Positions 32,859 through 41,591 of a stretch of 48,105 bases of DNA are shown here, in pieces (within the stretch, counting starts at the first letter, position 1; every line of letters starts with the position of its first letter). Both the position numbers and the translations under genes were made by a program. Source of the DNA: Candidatus Woesearchaeota archaeon (GTDB lineage Archaea > Nanobdellota > Nanobdellia > Woesearchaeales > DSVV01); NCBI GenBank assembly GCA_043813525.1, contig JBDRKY010000115.1, forward strand, positions 1 to 48,105, read 5' to 3'. Under the pieces are notes generated by a model. It searched no databases. It had not been told where the DNA came from and saw nothing but the letters and a program-made list of their open reading frames with translations.

Positions 32859-35123
32859 TTATTTACTAAATATAGGTTGTATCTTATCATAATTTATGCT
32901 TGAACATGCATCTCTATGGCTAAGAGCAATGAAATAATTCTCTATCTTCTGTGGTTTTCCTTCATCAAATACATATAATGTCATCTCCTTCTTGCCATCA
33001 ATATCATCTGGTTCAATTGTCATGATATAATTTGCTCCGCCAGAGATTATTGAATCTACTTGCTGATCATCATCTGGATAATACACATCCTTGTCTTTTT
33101 CGAATAAAGCCCCATCAATATGATATGATTCGCTGTTCTTCTTGATATCAAGCTCACCTTTCCACTTCTCTCCTCTAATCAGCATGATATCAACCTGATA
33201 CACACCAGGAGCAAGCTCTATCTCTGGCTTATTTTCTTCTGTGTAAAATGCAAAAGTATAAGGGTTTGTTGAAGCGATAGTAGGATCAATCCTTTTCAGA
33301 TTTATAATCGCCTGCTCATTCTTGTCAAGCACAGAAGCTGATGTATAAAGATTGCAACCAACAACTTGGCCATCTTTCAGTATGACGCCCTGTTTAGGTT
33401 TCAGTCCAGCTTTCTGCGCTGCCTCTAAGTCTTCTTTTGGTATAGGAGCAATTGTAAAATATTTCTGTATGTTCATACTGAGCTTTGTCAGTTTTGCCAG
33501 CTCAATCATTGTAGTAAATTCCTTATTAGGCTGCACATCACCAATGATAACTGCATCTTCACCATAACCTTTCTTTTCTACAACAACTGTTGCTCCGCCA
33601 AGGCAAGGAGGAAACTTAGATACCATTGCGCCTGATTGATCTGTCTTGCCTATAAAACATCTGTCGCTGAAAGGTGTTGAATTAACTAGTGTACCATTCT
33701 CATCATACTCATCTACAACAGAAGGGCCGCACTGATAATAAACCATAGCATCTGACAAAGGAGCTGAAGTCTGCTTGTCTATAACATTAACAACGCTCTC
33801 CTTACTTGTCTTCTGATCTTCACCGCATAGATATGTCTCCCTTGGCATTGTCTCAAGGCCAAGAACATCCTTGATGTCAGCTCTTGGGAAATTTGCTTTT
33901 GTTACAACCAACAGCGGAAACTGGAATATAAAAGGCTGCTGATTTATCCTGGAATCCTTGTCAACAAGAGTCACAAGCACAGGATATTTGAATGAATAAG
34001 GAAATTTATAGATGAACACACATTTCCTGCCAAATAAATAATTAAAATCCATCTGTGTAGGAGGTTTTATCATGCCTTTCTGACCCAGGTCAAGCTCAAG
34101 AGGAAAATTAGGGCGGTATTCAAACATAGTAAGAAAATCAGGATAACTGCTTTTGCTGACCTCTTTTGTCATCATGTCAAATATTCCCTGCATTGTAGAC
34201 CTCTTCTCTTCATCTTTCTGCTCACCCTGAGAAACTATAATCCTCTCAAAATCACTATTTCGTATTTTCAAGTATGGAAGGTTCATCGCAAGCACATTCT
34301 TAAAGCTGGAATGCACCTTATCTTCCATCCAATAAGTCATATCATTGCAGTCCACAACCTGCAAACCTCCAAACAAAGGCGGCAGATAATCAGGATTGAC
34401 ACGGCCATACATTGTGATAAGGTTCATTGTATTCTGCTCAAGAAAAGTTGTAGTCTCTTCGTAAGAAGCGATTTCCCTTGCAAATGTATAAGCTTTCTTC
34501 ACCCTTGCATTAACTTTTGTGCTGAAATGCTCAAGCTTGACTAAATTCTGATCCTTAATCAGATTCAAAGGATAATTCAATGTGACAACAACATCCTCTT
34601 CTGTGAATATTACTGATACAGACATCTCACCTAATGCTTCAACTACAGTACCCTGCTGCTTAAATATATCAAAATCATTGATGCATGTCGGCATATTCTC
34701 TGTGATATATCTTTCTAATTGATCCTGTACAGAGCCATCATTTGCGCTTGTCTTCTCAAGTTTTGGCATCTCACTCCTGTCAGCGCCGCCAACCCTCTGA
34801 TAATACCAATATGGAATAGCCTGATATTCTGAAACCTTAAGAACTGGAGATTCTAATGGCGCAAATTCATTCATATCTAATGGATATTGGTCTAAATATA
34901 TATGACCGCCCTGCTGACCAAGAACAACTATGCCCTGTTCAGTGATCTTCTGAAGACATTCCTGTGTATATGCAGTGACTGGGTCAGCTTGTTTCTCACC
35001 GATAATATCTTCTTTAGTAACAATACCTGTAAAATAAACAACACCAAAAACTAGAATCAATGCGACTAAACCTATGATAATAAAAATAGTAGCCTGAGCT
35101 GATTTATTCCTCTTTTTATACAT
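32859..35123 (-). CDS. Class III signal peptide protein, long form (paralog of 5973-8495)
   Basis: KSAQ-ATIFIIIGLVALIL leader; PVTAYTQECL...LGQQGGHI; FLEQ..P.YLPPL; YQCGP...CFIGKTD...PPCLGG. ATG 35123 follows GAAGGTG (track start 35153). Confidence 0.82.
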   Translation of the reverse strand: MYKKRNKSAQATIFIIIGLVALILVFGVVYFTGIVTKEDIIGEKQADPVTAYTQECLQKITEQGIVVLGQQGGHIYLDQYPLDMNEFAPLESPVLKVSEYQAIPYWYYQRVGGADRSEMPKLEKTSANDGSVQDQLERYITENMPTCINDFDIFKQQGTVVEALGEMSVSVIFTEEDVVVTLNYPLNLIKDQNLVKLEHFSTKVNARVKKAYTFAREIASYEETTTFLEQNTMNLITMYGRVNPDYLPPLFGGLQVVDCNDMTYWMEDKVHSSFKNVLAMNLPYLKIRNSDFERIIVSQGEQKDEEKRSTMQGIFDMMTKEVSKSSYPDFLTMFEYRPNFPLELDLGQKGMIKPPTQMDFNYLFGRKCVFIYKFPYSFKYPVLVTLVDKDSRINQQPFIFQFPLLVVTKANFPRADIKDVLGLETMPRETYLCGEDQKTSKESVVNVIDKQTSAPLSDAMVYYQCGPSVVDEYDENGTLVNSTPFSDRCFIGKTDQSGAMVSKFPPCLGGATVVVEKKGYGEDAVIIGDVQPNKEFTTMIELAKLTKLSMNIQKYFTIAPIPKEDLEAAQKAGLKPKQGVILKDGQVVGCNLYTSASVLDKNEQAIINLKRIDPTIASTNPYTFAFYTEENKPEIELAPGVYQVDIMLIRGEKWKGELDIKKNSESYHIDGALFEKDKDVYYPDDDQQVDSIISGGANYIMTIEPDDIDGKKEMTLYVFDEGKPQKIENYFIALSHRDACSSINYDKIQPIFSK

Positions 35124-35227
35124 TATATTAACACCTTCGATTATATAAACCATTTGCAGTATACTATATAAATGTTTTGGAATTTTGAGGCTGGGTCCAA
35201 GTTCGGGCTTTTAGATATTAATATTAT

Positions 35228-35393
35228 AAATCCCAACAAAAATAAATCCCAAATCCCAAAAAAACTAAATCCCAAAAAGAATATAGAGCGTAGCTCCTTT
35301 TTGGAGTTTGGGATTTGGAGTTTGGGATTTGGAGTTTGGGATTTGGAGTTTGGGATTTGGAGTTTGGGATTTGGAGTTTGGGATTTGGGATTT
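35228..35393 (-). repeat. Inverted heptamer-array element, copy 2: 13 x AAATCCC/AAACTCC, the 29-nt core, then 4 x GGGATTT (read on -)
   Basis: Heptamers 35303-35393; core on - is AAAAAGGAGCTACGCTCTATATTCTTTTT (27/29 identical to copy 1); AAATCCC on + at 35228, 35244, 35251 and 35267. Confidence 0.95.
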
Positions 35394-35532
35394 AAATTAA
35401 TATCCCCCACAGCCCGAACTTATACCCAGATTGGGAATTTTAGTTCCACAAAAATTATTGTTTTAATTATTGAAAATTAAAATATAATTCTAAAATAAGA
35501 TATTTTATAAACAAAATTAATATACTTTATCT

Positions 35533-36351
35533 ATGGATTGTTTAGACGCAATTATTGAAGGAATCAGAAATGCAGAATCTATTACTGATAATAAAAAAAG
35601 CATTCTGATAAATTTTGCAGAAGAAGTTAATTGCAGTAAAATTAGGTTTGACCTTGAATTCATACTTAAAAACTATAGGTATATTTCCAACAACAGCGCA
35701 GAGAGGCTTGCATTATTAGATTCAAGGCATCAACAGGAAAAGGCCAGCAGAATTGTAGAAACATTGCCAACTGTATTAAATTATTCATTAAAAAGAACTG
35801 AAAGCATCTATGCATTATTAGATTCAAGGCATCAGCAGGAAGAAACAAACAGAATTGTAGAAAAATTGCCAGCTGTATTAGGTTGTTCATTAGCAAGAAC
35901 TGAAAGCATCTATGCATTATTAGATTCAAGGCATCAGCAGGAAGAAGCAAGCAGAATTGTAGAAAAATTGCCAACTGTATTAAGTTGTTCATTAAAAAGA
36001 ACTAAAAGCATCTATGCATTATTAGATTCAAGGCATCAGCAGGAAAAAGCAAGCAGAATTGTAGAAACATTGCCAGCTGTATTAAGTTATTCATTAAAAA
36101 GAACTAAATTAAATTATCAGTATTTAGAAGAAAAAGACATTGATGCAAACGGATATGTAGAAATGTCACCTTATCTGCTTTATTTTTCACCTGATTTTAT
36201 AAAAAATAATCAACTAGGTGAATTGTTGGAAATAACAAGAAAATTTGAAGAAAAAAGAGATCATAAAGAATTACCATCTGAAATAAGATTTGATGATGGG
36301 AGTGTTTCAAGGTTTGACAGGTATTCCTTTAATAATCATTGCTTTGATTAA
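35533..36351 (+). CDS. 34-aa helical repeat protein, mTERF-like
   Basis: Four near-identical units ALLDSRHQQExxxRIVExLPxVLxxSLxRTxSIY plus degenerate flanks (VEMSPYLLYFS). TTTTATAAA lies about 22 nt upstream. Confidence 0.7.
   Translation: MDCLDAIIEGIRNAESITDNKKSILINFAEEVNCSKIRFDLEFILKNYRYISNNSAERLALLDSRHQQEKASRIVETLPTVLNYSLKRTESIYALLDSRHQQEETNRIVEKLPAVLGCSLARTESIYALLDSRHQQEEASRIVEKLPTVLSCSLKRTKSIYALLDSRHQQEKASRIVETLPAVLSYSLKRTKLNYQYLEEKDIDANGYVEMSPYLLYFSPDFIKNNQLGELLEITRKFEEKRDHKELPSEIRFDDGSVSRFDRYSFNNHCFD
35709..36108 (+). repeat. 102-bp tandem repeat, about 4 copies
   Basis: TGCATTATTAGATTCAAGGCATCA recurs at 35709, 35811, 35913 and 36015. Confidence 0.95.
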
Positions 36352-36449
36352 TCATTGCTTTAATTGATTTATCTGCTTTTAATTCTCATCAGAATATTTC
36401 TTGCAAGAACATATTAAAACAGCCAAGATTTTTTGAATTAAGTTAGATT

Positions 36450-39400
36450 ATGGAAAGTACAAATAATATTATAAATAATATTGTAAGGACATCAACAAAA
36501 AATAATATCCTTGATGAGCTTAAGGAAAATATACTTGTGTTAGACGGAGCTATGGGAACTTTGGTACAGGAAAAGTACAGGAGCTCTGTTGATATCAACT
36601 ATCTGAATGTTATAGATCATAATTTTATCAAATCTATCCATAAACAATATTGGAAAGCTGGCTCTGATATAGTGCTGACAGGAACATTTGGCGCAAACAG
36701 GCTGAAACTTAAGGATTATGGATTGCAGGATAAAACAGCACTGATTAACCAAAAAGCAGTTGAGAATGCGAGACAGGCAGCATGCTGTTATGTCGCTGGC
36801 GATATAGGGCCATTAGGACAATATATAAAACCTTTAGGCGAGCTTGATTTTGATGAAGCTGTAAGCATATTTAGGGAACAGGCTGATAATCTGAAAGAAG
36901 CAGACCTTATCCTTGTTGAGACAATCGCTGACATAAAAGTCCTGAAAGCAGCAATCATCGGTGTGAAGGAATCAAAAGCAACAACAGAGAAAAACCTGCC
37001 TTTGTTCGTAAGCATGACATTTGAAGGAAAAACAACACCGACAGGAACAAGGATAAGGGGATTTGTTGATGTTGCAGAAAGCCTTGGTGTTGATATAATA
37101 GGAGTTAACTGCAGTGGAGGGCCTGTTGAATTATTCAGTGTTGGCAAAAAGATGAGAGAACTTACAGACTTGCCTATCGCATTACAGCCAAACGCAGGAC
37201 TGCCTAAACTTGTGAACGGAAAGACTGTATTCAATTTTCCTCCAGAAGATTTCAGATTGTTTGCAGAGAAATGTGCAAAAATTGGAATAAATCTTATAGG
37301 AGGATGCTGTGGTACAACTCCTGAGCATATAAGAGCGATTGCTGAAGCTGTGAAAGAAGTTGGAAATGAAATAGGCTCGAAGCTTGAATCCACGAGCCAC
37401 GAGCCACAAGCTACAAGCCACGAGCCACAAGCCACAAACCACAAGCCTTTATTAAATAATCAAAGATACAGATTCTCTTCAAGAACAAAGACAATTGAAT
37501 ACGGCAGATTAGGGAATAAGACAATAATAGTTGGAGAAAGGATAAATCCAACAGGTAAAAAAGATTTCAAAGAAGAACTAAAACAAGGCAGAACAAATTA
37601 TGCTGTGAATGAAGCATTGGCACAAGTTAGTGAAGGTGCGCAATTATTAGACATAAATGTTGGTATTGCAGGGCTTGATGAAGAGACAAATATGGCTAAT
37701 GTCATCAGAGCAGTGCAGGATGTTGTTGATGCGCCTATTATCATCGATACTTCAGATGTGAATGTTCTGGAAAAAAGCTTGAAAGAAATTGCCGGAAAGC
37801 CATTGATCAATTCTGTTAACGGTAGCGAGAAAAGTTTAAAAGGAGTTTTACCATTGGCAAAAAAATATGGTGCTGCAATTATTGTGCTGTGTCTTGACGA
37901 AAATGGAATCCCTGAAACAACAGAAGGAAGAGTGAAGATTGCAAAAAGAATAATCAACAGAGCTGAAAGCATAGGCATCAGAAAGAATAATATAATCATT
38001 GATCCACTAACAATGACAATCGCGACAGATCCTGGCAACGAAAAAATCACATTAGAAACCATGAAAAAAATTAATGATATGGGATATTTAACAATACTTG
38101 GCATCAGCAATATCAGCCATGGACTGCCAGAAAGAGATCTGATTAATTCAAAATTCCTGAGGAAAGCTTCTGAACAAGGCTTAGGAATGGCAATAATCAA
38201 TCCAAAGACCTATAAAACTGCTTTTGGAAAAGAGTCAAATAAATTCGACCACTACCAGTCAAAGACTGGTGGCATGCTCGCTTCGCTCGGGTCGAATTTA
38301 CGACCCTTTTTTTCCACCAAAGATTATTGTTGTAAACCACCAATGAGATACATTGGTGGAAAAAAAGATTTTAATGATGCAGATGAGATTAATATTGCAG
38401 AGATAGTAAGACCAAAGATTATGAAAAGGGATTATTCTAAGATGGATATTAAGGATAAATTGTATCATGCAATCCTTTACGGCGACAGCAGCAACATTAC
38501 TATGTTTGTTGAGGAAGCTTTATGTTCAGGTAATTTTAAGCCTTTAGAAATTAATGATATACTTTCAAAAGCAATGAATAAAGTTGGTGAGCTTTTTGAA
38601 CTGAAAAACTATTATCTGCCGCAAGTTATTGCAAGTGCAAAAGCGATGAAAACTGCTTTTTGCATGATCAAAGAAGACATCAAGAAAAGAGCAGCAGAAG
38701 ACAACATAAATGGAAATATAAGCAGAAAAGACAAGAGAATAATGTTTGCGACAGTACAGGAGGATGTGCATGACATTGGAAAAAATCTGAACATTGCACT
38801 GCTTGAAGCAAATGGTTATGATGTAATAGATTTGGGGAAATCTGTGCCATCAAATATAATCCTGCAAAAAGTGATTGAAGACAGGCCAGATGTATTATGC
38901 CTGTCTGCACTGATGACAACAACAGCTCCATATATTAAAGATGTTATAGACATGCTAAGGGATAACAGCATAAACATACCAGTCATGGCTGGCGGTGCTG
39001 TTGTAACTGAAGAATATGCAGTAAAAATAGATGCTGAATATGCTAAGAACGCTGTTGAAACAGTAGATGTGATAAGAGAAATCCTTGGATATCAGAATGA
39101 GAGCATTGCTGATATTATTTATTGCGGAAAAAATGCCAGTTCAACAGATGAGAAAAAGAACAGGCTTATAATAGGTGTTGAGGTTGTTCCATTTCCTGAT
39201 GGAGAGCCATTCAGGAAGATGGTATATTATCTCAAGCAGCTCAAAGAATTGGATATAGATTTCATCAGCGTCACAAAAAGCGCAGGGGGAAGCATGAGAG
39301 CAGGCACACTGCCTATCGCATATTATGCGCAGGAGATACTGAAAAAACCAATACTTGCGCATTTTACGTGCAGAGAATTCTTTCCAGAAGAAGTTGAAAC

Positions 39401-40139
39401 TTCTTTGCTTGATCTATGGTATATGGGAATCAGAAATATTCTTGCATTAAGAGGGGATCCGCCTGGAGGGGTTGAGGATAACAAAAGCAAAGGCATCTAT
39501 AAATATGCTTATCAGCTTGTCGAACATATTAAGCTGTTGAATGACGGCAAATACCTGCCAAAGAAGTTTAACTCAAACAGAATTATTGAAGATATTAAAA
39601 AAAATCCTGAAAACATATTCAGTGTTAAAAAAGATGAGATTAATTTCAGCGATGGTGTAAAAACTAATTTTTCTGCCTGTGTTGCTGCGCATCCTGAGTG
39701 CTCTGATTGGGATGAGGAGATGAGATTCCTGAAAAAAAAACAGGATGCAGGTGCAGAATGGGCAATAACACAGATGATGTTTGATGCTGACGAATATGAA
39801 AGATATGTGAAAAAAGCAAGAGAATATGGGATAATAATGCCAATAGTTGTTGGAGTTAGGCCAATAACAAGTTCTAAACAAATTGCTTTTACAGAGAAAG
39901 TGTTTAAAGTGAAAGTTCCTGATGAGCTTAAGAAAATACTTGGTGCTGTGGAAGCTTCTGATAAAATAAATGAAAAAATTAAATTCAATGAGAAAGAATC
40001 ATATAACGCTGGTGTGGATTATATAATTAAATTCATCAATAAATTAAAAGAAAAAAACTGCCATGGTGTGCAGTTGTTTGTCCTTAATGATATTAAGATG
40101 CTAAGTGATGTAATGGCTGGCCTAAAAATAGATTGTTAA
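36450..40139 (+). CDS. metH: Cobalamin-dependent methionine synthase fused to a C-terminal methylenetetrahydrofolate reductase (MetF-like) domain
   Basis: LDGAMGT, GVNC and GGCCGTTPEH (Hcy/Zn); VGERINPTGKK (pterin); YLPQV and DVHDIGKN (B12); then DFISVT, AHFTCR, LALRGDPP, AAHPE and KKKQDAGA..AITQMMFD (MTHFR). Confidence 0.92.
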   Translation: MESTNNIINNIVRTSTKNNILDELKENILVLDGAMGTLVQEKYRSSVDINYLNVIDHNFIKSIHKQYWKAGSDIVLTGTFGANRLKLKDYGLQDKTALINQKAVENARQAACCYVAGDIGPLGQYIKPLGELDFDEAVSIFREQADNLKEADLILVETIADIKVLKAAIIGVKESKATTEKNLPLFVSMTFEGKTTPTGTRIRGFVDVAESLGVDIIGVNCSGGPVELFSVGKKMRELTDLPIALQPNAGLPKLVNGKTVFNFPPEDFRLFAEKCAKIGINLIGGCCGTTPEHIRAIAEAVKEVGNEIGSKLESTSHEPQATSHEPQATNHKPLLNNQRYRFSSRTKTIEYGRLGNKTIIVGERINPTGKKDFKEELKQGRTNYAVNEALAQVSEGAQLLDINVGIAGLDEETNMANVIRAVQDVVDAPIIIDTSDVNVLEKSLKEIAGKPLINSVNGSEKSLKGVLPLAKKYGAAIIVLCLDENGIPETTEGRVKIAKRIINRAESIGIRKNNIIIDPLTMTIATDPGNEKITLETMKKINDMGYLTILGISNISHGLPERDLINSKFLRKASEQGLGMAIINPKTYKTAFGKESNKFDHYQSKTGGMLASLGSNLRPFFSTKDYCCKPPMRYIGGKKDFNDADEINIAEIVRPKIMKRDYSKMDIKDKLYHAILYGDSSNITMFVEEALCSGNFKPLEINDILSKAMNKVGELFELKNYYLPQVIASAKAMKTAFCMIKEDIKKRAAEDNINGNISRKDKRIMFATVQEDVHDIGKNLNIALLEANGYDVIDLGKSVPSNIILQKVIEDRPDVLCLSALMTTTAPYIKDVIDMLRDNSINIPVMAGGAVVTEEYAVKIDAEYAKNAVETVDVIREILGYQNESIADIIYCGKNASSTDEKKNRLIIGVEVVPFPDGEPFRKMVYYLKQLKELDIDFISVTKSAGGSMRAGTLPIAYYAQEILKKPILAHFTCREFFPEEVETSLLDLWYMGIRNILALRGDPPGGVEDNKSKGIYKYAYQLVEHIKLLNDGKYLPKKFNSNRIIEDIKKNPENIFSVKKDEINFSDGVKTNFSACVAAHPECSDWDEEMRFLKKKQDAGAEWAITQMMFDADEYERYVKKAREYGIIMPIVVGVRPITSSKQIAFTEKVFKVKVPDELKKILGAVEASDKINEKIKFNEKESYNAGVDYIIKFINKLKEKNCHGVQLFVLNDIKMLSDVMAGLKIDC
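37390..37445 (+). repeat. 8 x heptamer CCAC(G/A)AG in the metH interdomain linker
   Basis: ccacgag ccacgag ccacaag ctacaag ccacgag ccacaag ccacaaa ccacaag. Confidence 0.9.
38240..38367. repeat. Palindromic REP/MITE-like insert within metH
   Basis: IR TAAATTCGACC/GGTCGAATTTA (38240-38250/38290-38300); inner hairpin ACCAGTC-AAA-GACTGGT; 15-bp IR CTTTTTTTCCACCAA/TTGGTGGAAAAAAAG (38306-38320/38353-38367). Confidence 0.8.
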
Positions 40140-40186
40140 TGTTAATTCAGATAATTTTATAAACACAAACATCAATAACTTACTAA

Positions 40187-41482
40187 ATGCATAAAAGCCA
40201 TATCATTAAAAAAAATAAGACAGAAAAAGGCATTACAAGACTAAAAAGAAGCATCACTTTGCCTTTGCTCACATTCTATGGATTAGGTACAATAATAGGA
40301 GCTGGAATTTATGTTCTTGTTGGGGAGGTTGGTGGAAAAGCAGGTATGTTTGCGCCTATCGCATTCCTGATTGCAGCGATAATTGCAGGACTGACTGCAA
40401 TATCTTATGCTGAGTTAAGTGCAAGGTTTCCAAAGAGTGCAGCAGAAGCTGTTTTTGTATTCAAAGCCTTCAGGAAAAAACATTTTTCTTTGATTATCGG
40501 GCTGATGGTTGCATTGACTGCGCTGATTAGTTCTGCAACACTACTTAATGGATTCAATGGATATTACCAGCTGTTTTTTCAGCCGCCTGGATGGGCTGTA
40601 ATTTTAGTGGCGCTGTTAATATTAGGATTCATAGCAATATGGGGGATAAAAGAATCAGCAGCAGCAGCGGCAATAATCACTTTCATTGAAGTAGGCGGCC
40701 TGATATTTATAACATGGGCTGCAAGAGATTTTATTGCAACATTGCCGTCAAGAATTCCTGAGATGATTCCCAGCCTTAATTTTACTGTACATGGAACATT
40801 AGGGATATGGATAGGGATTTTAATGGGATCATTCATCGCTTTCTTTGCCTACATTGGAGTGGAAGACATGATCAATGTTGCTGAAGAGGTAAAGAATCCA
40901 AAAAAAAATATGCCGTTGGGTGTATTTTTTGCTGTCGGAGCTTCGACAATATTATATATATTGGTCGCAGTTGTTGTTGTGCTTGCATTACCACCCTCAC
41001 AATTAGCAGGAAATGAATCCCCGCTTGCATCTGTGTACACAGCAAGCACAGGCAAAGCACCAATCATAATAGGACTGATCAGCCTGATTGCTATAGTGAA
41101 CGGAATATTGATACAGATAATCCTTGCATCCAGAATAATCTATGGCTTGGCATCAAACAGATGGCTGCCACAAATATTTGACAGATTAAATTTAAGTTAC
41201 GTGAACAAGACAACAAGAACACCATTGGTTGCAACATTGATAGTCATAGCAATCACATTAATATTCGCACTATGGCTGCCTCTGATCACACTTGCAAAGC
41301 TTACTAGCTTCATTGTGCTGATTGTATATTCTTTAGTAAACCTCTCTTTGATCATAATCAAAAAAAGAACTCCCTATGTCAAAGATGTAAAAAGCTATCC
41401 TGCCTTTATTCCTTATCTTGGATTTATTTTTTCTTTAGCACTGGTGCTGTTTCAGATGCTGGGTATGTTAGGAATTGTTTGA
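40187..41482 (+). CDS. APC superfamily amino acid permease
   Basis: GLGTIIGAGIY, SYAELSARFP, FFAYIGVE..NVAEEVKNP and SRIIYG motifs; about 12 TM. Confidence 0.93.
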   Translation: MHKSHIIKKNKTEKGITRLKRSITLPLLTFYGLGTIIGAGIYVLVGEVGGKAGMFAPIAFLIAAIIAGLTAISYAELSARFPKSAAEAVFVFKAFRKKHFSLIIGLMVALTALISSATLLNGFNGYYQLFFQPPGWAVILVALLILGFIAIWGIKESAAAAAIITFIEVGGLIFITWAARDFIATLPSRIPEMIPSLNFTVHGTLGIWIGILMGSFIAFFAYIGVEDMINVAEEVKNPKKNMPLGVFFAVGASTILYILVAVVVVLALPPSQLAGNESPLASVYTASTGKAPIIIGLISLIAIVNGILIQIILASRIIYGLASNRWLPQIFDRLNLSYVNKTTRTPLVATLIVIAITLIFALWLPLITLAKLTSFIVLIVYSLVNLSLIIIKKRTPYVKDVKSYPAFIPYLGFIFSLALVLFQMLGMLGIV

Positions 41483-41591
41483 TTATCACTATATATAATT
41501 TAATATACACCAAAATATAAGGATATGATAACATAATAATTTTAAATGCAGATATATTTCTATATTATTTAGGGATAAATAGGAGGATAAT

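Noticed and set aside
35709-36108. 102-bp repeats as a CRISPR array or a true TALE gene
   Set aside because: The intervening sequence is also conserved and in frame, and the TALE consensus (LTPxQVVAIAS...GGKQAL) is absent.
36332-36361. Short duplication TAATCATTGCTTT around the stop of the repeat protein
   Set aside because: Too short and AT-rich to interpret.
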